64,000 nucleotides of DNA from Cloacimonetes bacterium SCGC AAA252-N17 (lineage in GTDB: Bacteria > Cloacimonadota > Cloacimonadia > JGIOTU-2), in assembly GCA_000404785.1 (NCBI GenBank), contig ASNI01000003.1:7731-71730 (forward strand), in the 5' to 3' direction. Under the pieces are notes generated by a model. The model saw only the letters and a list, made by a program, of their open reading frames with translations, was not told where the DNA came from and ran no database searches. Both the position numbers and the translations under genes were made by a program. Of this stretch, positions 1-9,134 are shown in pieces (the stretch's first letter is position 1; each line of letters starts with the position of its first letter).

Positions 1-652
1 GATAAACCGCTTCGAAATATGTGGAAGAGGTGGAAGCTTTGATATTTTTTGATAATTCGATGTTGCTTCCTGTGAAATTCACTTCAAGTTCGGTCTCAAT
101 ATAAACTTGAATGATACCTGTAACAGGATTATAGTTTACAGGAGCAACAAAGAGACGGGCTAATCTAATTCAACGCATTACTCCCAGAACTTCAACAGTT
201 GCAATTTCAAAATCAGAAAATCTGTTCATAGAATAATAGTTCTCATTATATTCAAATTCAACTGAAGTAAAATCATCAATGCTTTTGGGAAGCGAAGGCT
301 GAACAGGAATAATTGGATTATTGATCCCAAAGTTGCTCAAATTGTATTCAGTTGTGGAATAATTCAATACATTAACCGATACTTCCGCTCCAAATGGAAT
401 CTCGATCAGTTTTTTTACAGCAGGAAGTTTTGGTGTTCCTACTTCCCCAATATTATAAGTTTTTGGAATAGTTATTTCATTAAAAATTCCTTTTTTACTT
501 TCAACTTCAAAACTGCTCATACCCTCGAAAGTGAGATTCATACTCAATTTCTGATAGTCATTTTCTTGTAATCTAATCGTATTTTCTTTTGTTCCGAAAT
601 CAATATCATAAGTTTTCGCAAAAGATAAAGATACGAATAAAATGAATAGCAA
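1..652 (-). CDS. Peptidase C25 (gingipain-like) N-terminal propeptide region; 5' part of a gene running off the window; in-frame TGA at 170-172
   Basis: ORF 170-652 has a signal-like N-terminus (LFILFVSLSFA). The same frame stays open from 169 to 1 (IRLARLFVAPVNYNPVTGIIQVYIETELEVNF), which resembles the conserved YNPVT propeptide motif of C25 peptidases. An ATG with an SD-like AAGGGA at 673-675 is one base out of frame across a T10 run. Confidence 0.65.
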
Positions 653-695
653 AATAAAACTGTTTTTTTTTTCATTATTTATCTTCCCTTATTTC

Positions 696-725
696 TTTAT
701 ATTTTTTTTAACTTACATATTGCAA
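696..725 (-). promoter_or_regulatory. Candidate sigma70-type promoter of the C25-like gene
   Basis: Read on the minus strand: TTGCAA (720-725), 18-nt spacer, TATAAA (696-701), about 20 nt upstream of the ATG at 675. Confidence 0.3.
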
Positions 726-792
726 TTATGGTTGCTAAGCCTTGGCTTAGTACCTTTACACAATCGAAGCTTGACATGACACTAGCATAGTA

Positions 793-834
793 AGAAAAAA
801 AAGAGTCCCACCTATAAATTAAGATGGAACTCTT
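793..834 (-). terminator. Rho-independent terminator downstream of the giant gene
   Basis: On the minus strand, AAGAGTTCCATC (823-834) pairs with GGTGGGACTCTT (801-812), including G-U pairs, and is followed by a T-run (A-run 795-800 on plus). It lies about 45 nt after the stop at 877. Confidence 0.55.
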
Positions 835-876
835 AAACACCTTTGCGCAGGTTAAAAACCTTCGCAAAACTTCAAA

Positions 877-3800
877 CTATCTCTTGCTAACCCTTCTAAA
901 TTCTTTATTTTTCATTATCACAGGTAAAGGTGATGGGCAAGATTTCACTGCTGTTACTATATAGAAGTATTTAGTTCCAGTTGCAGGTTCACTCCAGCTT
1001 GTAGTTGCTCCATCAACAGAGGCATAAGGTGTTCCGTATGCAGGGGTGAAATATGGTTCAGTATCACGGTAGATATAGAAACTATCTACAGATGCTGGAT
1101 ATGTCCAGTTCAACTCTATGTTACCGGCATTGTATTGGATGGTCAAGTCAGTAATAGCAGGTAGAGCATTCCAGGTAATTGCATCAGGTCCCCAAACATT
1201 ATTATTCTCATCAAGTTCTGCGATATTACTATCTGCATCCACCTGAAAATAGGATGACCAAATTATTCCTGTTGTACTTGAAATATTATAGAAATTAACA
1301 ATAAGTGAATCTCCCGCCGGAAGACCACTATCAATATACACAAATTGATCACCTACTTGGAACCATGTAGGAGGTGAAGGTAAATTATAATACAAATCTA
1401 CACAGAACCAATCAGTAACATCTACGTTCCCAATATTTTTAACAGTTACCGCAACATTAATAGTATCGCACACATAAGGATTAGTATCTGACCATACTGC
1501 ATTTGTGATAGTGAGATCAGGTCCAAAACCAGACCAGTCTATTAAAGCATATGCATCATTTTCATAAGAAGGTCCGGCAAAATCACCTGTGGCACCAAAG
1601 AATTCAACATGTCCCTGATTCTGCGTCTTGGAGACATTACTTGCACCACTCCAGGTATTGGTTGGGAAATTGGCATTGGCAACTATTAATGTCTGATTAT
1701 TATTGATGGTAAGAAGTGTTCCACCAGCAATTCCATTTCTGAACTCACAATTGCTCAGATTATTTGCCGGATCAATTACAGCACCATCTTTAACATTAAC
1801 TCCATTTGCGGACATATATTCAAAGATTCCATAGTTTGCAATGATCGTGCTGCCACTTTCAATTTCAACATCATAATATCCAGAATGATGAGTTAGTTTT
1901 GCGAGATTACCAGCTGAGCCAATAAATTCTAATACTCCACCATTATTAACATTGAGAGCAGCTCCACCGCCGACTTCCAACCAAGCATTATCATCGATGG
2001 AAATAGTACCTCCGTCATTTATGGTTACATTACCTGTACAACGATAAAAATGTCCGTTCAAATTCAGAGTTCCTTCATCATTAGTCAGAGATCCACCACC
2101 GAGAGCTATACAATTAGAAATAAGAGTAACTGTCTGGGCTTTAGAACCATCTTTTTCCTTTGTCTTTACCAGTAATTCTTCACCAGTAGGAGCAGAATTT
2201 TTTACTGCTTTAGCTGTTTTATCAACTACCACATTATTGAAGTATCCATTACCACTTGGCTCATAATCAAGTGTTTGGTCAGCAGTGCCTTTGAAAACCA
2301 GTGTATTGCCAGTTGTGCCAGACCAACCTGCTCCCGCTGTAACAGTGAAATCTCCATATACAGAATGCGTCAAATAACTATATAAGTCGTACCAGAATCC
2401 ATCGTTGATATTCAAATCACCGAACATCTCAACATTATTAGAAGGTCTGAAGTTACCAGCAGATTTATCAATAACAACATTATAGAAGGAATCAGCAGAA
2501 CAACTACTCGTAACTATCTGGTCATTGGTTCCATTGAAAGTAACTGTCGAAGTTCCCGGATAAAATCCTCTCCAGGAATCGTAATAAGTGTTATCATTTG
2601 TCCAATTGCCACCAACAGAGATATTAAGTCCGGTATCGCTATAAGCATTCAGTCCGGCATTGAGAGCAATATCCAGATCATTATCAATATTCAAAGTAGA
2701 ACCGGTATTCATTTCAATGTTTCCAACGGTTATATTCAAATCGTTAGTAACATCGATGGTGAAACCATCCATAATTTCCAGATCCTCCCAACCTACAGCA
2801 GTTTTATCAATACTCAGATCATAGAATGTCTCATCTGTGGTAATGTCTGATTCATTAATTCCATTGAAGGTCACTTTTCCTGTTCCTTCAACAAATCCGG
2901 TATCGCCAACATTATTTGTCCAGTTTCCACCGATATACATATCATATCCATTTACATCCAAGGCACCAGATAATATATTCAAATCATTATTAACAATAAC
3001 ATCTGTTCCAAGAAGTTGTGTATGAGTGCCTTTATCAATTATTAAATCGTGAAAATAATTTCCGTTAGAGCAATAGATATAACTTGGTAAATAGGTAGTT
3101 AATTCAACCAGTCCCCCGGAAGGTTCAAAGGTACCCGCATATTGAGCTGAAAATCCAATCCCTGTTCTTATAATACCACCAGATATAGTCGTCATGCACG
3201 TTGAAGAAATCCAAATGCTTTGATCAGATATCCAAAAAAGTCCATCACTTAAGTTAAAAGTACCTCTTAGATATCTCCAGGCTTTTTCTTTTGTATATTC
3301 ATCTGTTTTAAAACTCCCACCATTTATGGTCAATGTGCCGGTTGTCGCAAGTTCAAATGTGCCATGAATAAGAGCATCTCCGGCATCAACATCGAGAAGA
3401 CCATTCAATGTAAAATCAGAATTATTAGTAAGAGTTCCCCCACTTGATATATCCATATCAGCCGCATCTTCTATATCCAAAGTACCATCTACTAATAAAT
3501 CTTTGGTTTGCAAATGGAATTGATTACCAGCGCTTACTGTCATATCTCCGGAAACACGCATAATATCTGTGCTTGAAGCGTGAATATAGGTATCAGCAGA
3601 AGGTCCTGCAGTTTTATCGATAATTAATGTTCCGAATTCAGCATCAGAATCATTGCATAGAACCAATGAAGCGATAGAACCATCGAAATAAACAGCATTT
3701 CCTGTGCCAAGTTGTGCACTGGTGCCATCTGCAAATGTCCAGTTTCCAGAAACAAATATCTTACCATCCGTCACAATATCGGATGAACCGGATTCCCAGA

Positions 3801-6800
3801 TAATATCATTTACTATTAAAGAATCATCCGGAGATGACATTTCAAGCGTCCCAGAAATTGTAATATCTTCTTCCACAACTACTTTATATGTACTGATTTT
3901 CAATTTTCCTGCTACAATATCCATATTTTCACAGTAAATGGTAGGACCGAGGCTTGAAGGACGAACATATGAAGATCCGGAATTAATCACAATATCATTG
4001 AAATAATCATTTTCTCTAACTGATTGAATTGCACCGGGTGTTGTGCCATTGAATGTAACTACAGAATTAGAACCTGCAGAGAATCCTCCGCTGGCATTAT
4101 AGTCAAACCAGTCTTCAACAACAGAGATGTTGATAGTTCCTGTGTCATTAGCATTTAATGAAGCTCCATCAGATATCCTTAAAGTATTACCTATTGCTAA
4201 GTTCGTTGGATTATTAAGCTCCATAGTACCATCATACAATCTTAAATCGTTTGTTACTATTACATCTACACCTGAACCCTGGGTGCCAGTTTCAAGTCCG
4301 TCAAAATCATAATAAGTTTTGTCTAAATTGAGATCATAAAATGTTTCATTAGTGAGAATATCAGCAGCATTTGCACCGTCGAAAACTACAAGTCCAGTAC
4401 CTTCTATAAACCCAGCATCTCCTACATTATTCGTCCAATCTCCAGCCACATACATCGTAGAATCACTTGGATCAAATACACCTGCATCAATGACAAAATC
4501 TCCATTAATATCCAGTTCACTGGTTGCATAAATAGTTTCTGATTTTGCATATCTTGTTCTGGTCCCATCTCTGTTTTCAATCATCACATATTCCTTAGCT
4601 TTGGAACTTCCTGATCTGGCTTTTGTGGACTTATTAATTTCAACATCATAGAAGTTACTGCCTGCTCCCATACTCATATTTGCATCAGTTGTTCCATACA
4701 ATTCTATTGTTCCTCCTGTAGGATTAAAATCAGCGCGATCTCCGGTGAAACCTCCGGAAGTCCTGATAGTCCCACCTGTGATATCTTCTGTTAATGTGTG
4801 AGCACCGGAAACACAAACAAAAATACCATTATTTTTGAAATCCAAAATTCCACCACTCATTGTGATAGAAGCGTCGTCTAAATAGGGCCAATAACTTTTT
4901 AACGAACCTCCGTAAACATTCATAGTTCCACCGCTAATTGTAATATCTCCGCGCAGATCTATCCATGATCCTCCGTCTTGATGAAGGTTTATTGTTCCGC
5001 CAGGATTAAGCCAGTAACCTCCATAAATGCCACTATCTTCTAAATCTAATGCAGTGAATGTTCCAGATAGAACATCTATTCCACCAGAAGTCCAATCATA
5101 AGTACTACAGGTAACAGTATGACTTACATTATTAACCCTTAATGCTGCTCCACAATCAACTTCTAAGATATTAAAGGTTTCATCTGAATAAACATATTGA
5201 TGGCTAGAACCATTAAAAATGACCCTTCCAGTTCCTTCTATAAAGCCAGCAGTACCTACATTATTTGTCCAATTGCCGCCAACTATTATCGTTTCATTAT
5301 TGGCATCCAATGCACCACTCTGAATCAGAAGATTGCCCTGTATCTCCAGTGTATCTGAGTAGCTTGTATTAAATAAAGTTGTCCCAGAGGTGTTTACGGT
5401 AAGGTTATGTAAATAATCACCAGGATTAGGTCTAATAGATGGCGAGATGCCATTAAGAACGAGAGTACCGTCATTGAAATAGTAATGAGCATTCTCACGA
5501 TTATCAAATGAGCTACTGATATTGAGATTATAGGAAGAATAATGATAAAAGGATGTGCTTGCATAATTAAATATGCTTCCTTCAACATTAAGGTCCTCGG
5601 TAGAAACACTCTGAACTGACACCCAGGAGTTCGTTTTGTGACCCCACAAATTATTAAAGTGACAGTTATCTTCATAACTATAAATCCTTGAGCCACTAGA
5701 ACCTGTGAACTCAACGATACCATCATCCAATTGGACATCCGCACCTGAATTAAAATACCAATGCTTATAAATTCTTATTACATTATATGCCTGTATATCA
5801 GAGGTGGAGCCTGACTCCCAAGTAATATTTCCATTAACAATTAATGTACCTTTGTCTATATACTCTTCCATTTGCAGATGTCCATGGATTGTCATATTAC
5901 CAGAAACAGTCAGTATTTCATCATAAATTCGTAAGGATGCACCAGATTCAATAGTTATGTCATTGCATTCTTGGTCAGTACTTGCAATCCAACAGGTGTA
6001 AGGAGTTCCAGCAGGAATGTTTACATTTGTAGTAGAAGTTGGAACAACGTCACAACTCCAGTTACTTGCTGTATTCCAAAAATGATTTACATCCCCTTCC
6101 CAGGTGCCAGGTTGATTGATATCAATGTCATAATTGGCAGAACTGGCGTCATTTGCCCATACACAGAATCCATAATAATCCGATGTGGTTACAGTATATG
6201 AGAATGATTCAGCTACACCACCACCTGAATTTATTGAACGAGCAAGATAGTCCTGTCTATTGCCATAATAAGCTGAACTGGATGAACCAAACAATGCAAT
6301 GTCTAAATCAGCAGAACCAGAATTGAAAGCTAATTCAAAACAATAATCACCAGGAGTAAGATAAACATCCCACATTTCTACTACATCGCCAGCAGGCCAA
6401 CTGGTTGAATAAGTAGTTCCCGGAGTAATTGTCTCATTAGATCCTTCATACTCAACAGATGCATTATTAGAACCACTAGGACGATATGCTTTAATTCCTC
6501 TATACACACTTGGTGAGTGATGTCTATCCATAACTACAAAATCAACTGGATATGTATAAGCAGAAGAGACAAGTTCGGTTGTAAAGGTGTTATCAGTGTA
6601 CATTTTCATACTCCAGTTTTCTCCTGTTGTATTACATCTAACACCAACTGCACACCAGGTAGAGTAAGTTTGATTAAATTGATAATAATCAGGGTCTGTT
6701 GTGGTATTGACTTTGGAATCATTGCCCAGTATTTCAAGAGAACCACCGGAATGGAATTTGAAATTACCCCAACTACCATCAGCAGCAGCTTTTCCTGAAC

Positions 6801-8340
6801 CATCCCATATTTCAACTTTTATTCTTCCCTGAGTAGAGCTAAGTCCTGATGGTATTACCCAATCATATACACCATCATTATCTGTACTGGAAGTAATTGT
6901 GTACCAGGTTCCTTTACCGCCAGTATTACTGTAATACAATTTTGCATAATCATTAGGAAAAGAATCATAATCCCATGTGATTTCATAAACATTACCAGCA
7001 TAGAGGTCTTCGCCATCACCATTATGATTATATCCAGGGTCACCTTCAGGTTTTTCCAGAATTACAGCACAGCCATATTGACCGCCTGGAAAGGCTTCTG
7101 TAATTCTATAATTATTAGTATAATTCCACCAATCATTGGGTGGATGCCAGGTATTATGGACAATCATAAAAGAATCACCAGCAGAGATTTCATAACCAAT
7201 TGCTGTCATAGAATGATCGGGAATTCCACAATGCCAGGGTCTTCCATTATCAATCTCATCTACTTGTTCAGCCCACTTTGTTGGGTTAGAACCAGTACTA
7301 TAAAAGGTTGTTGTTTGAGAGAAACTATACGAACCGCAACCAGTACAATTTGCCGCATCTACCAAACCTGGCCCAATATCATATATACCTGTGCTTCCAG
7401 TAAGTGAATCTGTATCCATATGAATGCAGCACCAGTATTGTGCATTAGTTACATTATAATCCGTTTCTCCTTGACCATGATCCCATCTTTGATAATGGTA
7501 TTGAGTTAGATTTCCATAATCACTTGCAGAATAGTAACTATAATTGTCCCAATAATCTAATAGCATTGCACCAGCAGTAGGACTACAACCAAAACTCCAA
7601 TCAAGAAATGGAACACATTCAGATTCATGAGGAATATACACAGGTGCCCTTGTTCCATCTCGTAAAGGAGTGCCTGATAGATAAGTATCCCAGGAAGAAC
7701 GCGAACCTTTTGGAATTATCTCATCTAAATTATAATTATCTGCAACTTCCTTTTGAAATTCAGATTGAGAGAGAGTTTGCATTGGAGGGAAGATACGGAC
7801 ATATACTACATTTCCATTACCTATATACTTATAATATTTAAGCATAGGTGACAGGTAATAGATTTTATCCAGATTGACAGCATTAGTTTGCAGTTCATCA
7901 ACAGCCATTTGTCTAATCTGAGCACCATAAGCAAATTCATCAGACAGGGCTTTAATATGTCTGATAGTAACAATGCGGTCATAACTGTTAGACATAATCA
8001 GATGAGCGTATTCATCAACACCCCAACGAGCATATTTGTCCTTATCATCCGCTTTACTTTCGCATTCATCGATAAGAGACTGCTTATCAGGGAAGCTCTT
8101 GTCAATTGCATAGTTAAAGGCATAAGCAACAATTTCATCATCAACAGAGTAATACGGAATAGCTTCAGTAGGATGTACATCTCCCCATAAAGATGCAGCA
8201 TTCTTATCTGCAATCTCTCTTAATTTCTCCATTGGCACTATGTTACTTTCAGCATACAAAGCTAATGAAAACAGAGATAGACATAATGCAAGTAGTATTA
8301 ACTTTTTTCCCGATAGATCGGGATTAATAAATTTTAACAT
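877..8340 (-). CDS. Giant secreted protein (about 2487 aa): propeptide-like region, papain-fold cysteine-peptidase-like domain, long beta-helix-like repeat region, CARDB-like and Fn3-like C-terminal domains
   Basis: Uninterrupted 7.5-kb ORF. The likely start is MLKFINPDLSGKKLILLALCLSLFSLALYA at 8340, with AGGAGA 8 nt upstream. Putative catalytic motifs are GCSPTAGAMLLDYW, DHSMTAIGY and HNTW. There are three NWTNNVG[DT]AGF[IV]EGTG...ETF[YN].L..D modules, and a CARDB-like VAVTVKNIGNVDV near the C-terminus. Confidence 0.85.
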   Translation of the reverse strand: MLKFINPDLSGKKLILLALCLSLFSLALYAESNIVPMEKLREIADKNAASLWGDVHPTEAIPYYSVDDEIVAYAFNYAIDKSFPDKQSLIDECESKADDKDKYARWGVDEYAHLIMSNSYDRIVTIRHIKALSDEFAYGAQIRQMAVDELQTNAVNLDKIYYLSPMLKYYKYIGNGNVVYVRIFPPMQTLSQSEFQKEVADNYNLDEIIPKGSRSSWDTYLSGTPLRDGTRAPVYIPHESECVPFLDWSFGCSPTAGAMLLDYWDNYSYYSASDYGNLTQYHYQRWDHGQGETDYNVTNAQYWCCIHMDTDSLTGSTGIYDIGPGLVDAANCTGCGSYSFSQTTTFYSTGSNPTKWAEQVDEIDNGRPWHCGIPDHSMTAIGYEISAGDSFMIVHNTWHPPNDWWNYTNNYRITEAFPGGQYGCAVILEKPEGDPGYNHNGDGEDLYAGNVYEITWDYDSFPNDYAKLYYSNTGGKGTWYTITSSTDNDGVYDWVIPSGLSSTQGRIKVEIWDGSGKAAADGSWGNFKFHSGGSLEILGNDSKVNTTTDPDYYQFNQTYSTWCAVGVRCNTTGENWSMKMYTDNTFTTELVSSAYTYPVDFVVMDRHHSPSVYRGIKAYRPSGSNNASVEYEGSNETITPGTTYSTSWPAGDVVEMWDVYLTPGDYCFELAFNSGSADLDIALFGSSSSAYYGNRQDYLARSINSGGGVAESFSYTVTTSDYYGFCVWANDASSANYDIDINQPGTWEGDVNHFWNTASNWSCDVVPTSTTNVNIPAGTPYTCWIASTDQECNDITIESGASLRIYDEILTVSGNMTIHGHLQMEEYIDKGTLIVNGNITWESGSTSDIQAYNVIRIYKHWYFNSGADVQLDDGIVEFTGSSGSRIYSYEDNCHFNNLWGHKTNSWVSVQSVSTEDLNVEGSIFNYASTSFYHYSSYNLNISSSFDNRENAHYYFNDGTLVLNGISPSIRPNPGDYLHNLTVNTSGTTLFNTSYSDTLEIQGNLLIQSGALDANNETIIVGGNWTNNVGTAGFIEGTGRVIFNGSSHQYVYSDETFNILEVDCGAALRVNNVSHTVTCSTYDWTSGGIDVLSGTFTALDLEDSGIYGGYWLNPGGTINLHQDGGSWIDLRGDITISGGTMNVYGGSLKSYWPYLDDASITMSGGILDFKNNGIFVCVSGAHTLTEDITGGTIRTSGGFTGDRADFNPTGGTIELYGTTDANMSMGAGSNFYDVEINKSTKARSGSSKAKEYVMIENRDGTRTRYAKSETIYATSELDINGDFVIDAGVFDPSDSTMYVAGDWTNNVGDAGFIEGTGLVVFDGANAADILTNETFYDLNLDKTYYDFDGLETGTQGSGVDVIVTNDLRLYDGTMELNNPTNLAIGNTLRISDGASLNANDTGTINISVVEDWFDYNASGGFSAGSNSVVTFNGTTPGAIQSVRENDYFNDIVINSGSSYVRPSSLGPTIYCENMDIVAGKLKISTYKVVVEEDITISGTLEMSSPDDSLIVNDIIWESGSSDIVTDGKIFVSGNWTFADGTSAQLGTGNAVYFDGSIASLVLCNDSDAEFGTLIIDKTAGPSADTYIHASSTDIMRVSGDMTVSAGNQFHLQTKDLLVDGTLDIEDAADMDISSGGTLTNNSDFTLNGLLDVDAGDALIHGTFELATTGTLTINGGSFKTDEYTKEKAWRYLRGTFNLSDGLFWISDQSIWISSTCMTTISGGIIRTGIGFSAQYAGTFEPSGGLVELTTYLPSYIYCSNGNYFHDLIIDKGTHTQLLGTDVIVNNDLNILSGALDVNGYDMYIGGNWTNNVGDTGFVEGTGKVTFNGINESDITTDETFYDLSIDKTAVGWEDLEIMDGFTIDVTNDLNITVGNIEMNTGSTLNIDNDLDIALNAGLNAYSDTGLNISVGGNWTNDNTYYDSWRGFYPGTSTVTFNGTNDQIVTSSCSADSFYNVVIDKSAGNFRPSNNVEMFGDLNINDGFWYDLYSYLTHSVYGDFTVTAGAGWSGTTGNTLVFKGTADQTLDYEPSGNGYFNNVVVDKTAKAVKNSAPTGEELLVKTKEKDGSKAQTVTLISNCIALGGGSLTNDEGTLNLNGHFYRCTGNVTINDGGTISIDDNAWLEVGGGAALNVNNGGVLEFIGSAGNLAKLTHHSGYYDVEIESGSTIIANYGIFEYMSANGVNVKDGAVIDPANNLSNCEFRNGIAGGTLLTINNNQTLIVANANFPTNTWSGASNVSKTQNQGHVEFFGATGDFAGPSYENDAYALIDWSGFGPDLTITNAVWSDTNPYVCDTINVAVTVKNIGNVDVTDWFCVDLYYNLPSPPTWFQVGDQFVYIDSGLPAGDSLIVNFYNISSTTGIIWSSYFQVDADSNIAELDENNNVWGPDAITWNALPAITDLTIQYNAGNIELNWTYPASVDSFYIYRDTEPYFTPAYGTPYASVDGATTSWSEPATGTKYFYIVTAVKSCPSPLPVIMKNKEFRRVSKR

Positions 8341-8794
8341 TTTAATTTCTCCTTTTTTTTCATTTAATCTTAAAAACATGGAATTCAAAAAAAATAACAA
8401 GTGGAAGTTATTAAATTTTCTGATTGCTATGTCATAGTATGACCCTATTTGTGAAATTTACGATTAAATAAGTTTTCATCTAACACCATCTAATATTTAT
8501 TTACTCGCTCTTTGATAATTTTTTAAATAATTTTGTCAAACTTTTTATTTTTTCCATGCATACCTTGAAGAGATGGCATTGAATACTTTTTATACTTGAG
8601 TTTAGGCATAATGGACAAAAGTTGCTTGCTATTTTAAATAGTATTCTGTCAATTTTTTTCTCAATAATTTAGTATCGGCATGAATTCTCAGTTTTGTTTT
8701 CAGGCGTGAGAACATACTTTCTATTGAATTTTTTGTATTAATAATGTGCTATCCGGGATGAGAATGGCTTATGGAATCCTAAATATGTGTGAAA

Positions 8795-9042
8795 TTATTT
8801 CGACTCCTCGTTATTATATTCCTTAGGAGTCGAAGGGGTACGATTAAAGGGGTTGGAATTGTGATCATCATCCTCAAATATATCAACCTCTTCATCCCCT
8901 TTTATGACATCCTTCTCTCCTAAATTAAACTTGTTTATATGTTCTTTGATGAATTTAATTACAACTTTGATAAGCAAAAAAATAAGTATAATAATGGATA
9001 AAGTTTTCCAAAATTTTGTTTTTTCTTCTCTCTATTCTTCAT
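8795..9042 (-). CDS. Possible small membrane protein, split by a frameshift at an A7/T7 run (8976-8982)
   Basis: AGGAG (9049-9053, minus) lies 6 nt upstream of the ATG at 9042 and gives MKNREKKKQNFGKLYPLLYLFF. One extra T would fuse this to ORF 8795-8977 (LLIKVVIKFIKEH...). The C-terminal codons overlap the hairpin at 8800-8833. Confidence 0.25.
8800..8833. repeat. Hairpin element, TCGACTCCT / AGGAGTCGA stem family
   Basis: TCGACTCCT (8800-8808), 16-nt loop, AGGAGTCGA (8825-8833). The same 9-bp stem occurs at 14363-14396 and 14509-14542. Confidence 0.7.
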
Positions 9043-9134
9043 CAGTTCTCCTAAATGCAAAAATTTTATTCTATTTAATATCTATGTAATTTTGTATGAT
9101 TGAATCAGTAAAATTTCTTTGTCCAGAAATATGT

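Noticed and set aside
170-172. TGA reassigned as a sense codon (genetic code 4 or 25) or as selenocysteine.
   Set aside because: TGA terminates several well-supported genes here, with coupled downstream starts (16791-16793, 20058-20060, 21304-21306, 29289-29291). I see no convincing SECIS at the canonical distance, and a propeptide is an unlikely selenoprotein site.
2837-8437. Many 60-127-aa ORFs on the plus strand, and in alternative minus frames, inside the giant gene (for example 7024-7407, 5394-5744, 6517-6798).
   Set aside because: They lie entirely within the 7.5-kb ORF that has clear domain content. They have low-complexity or hydrophobic compositions typical of shadow ORFs and lack SD sequences.
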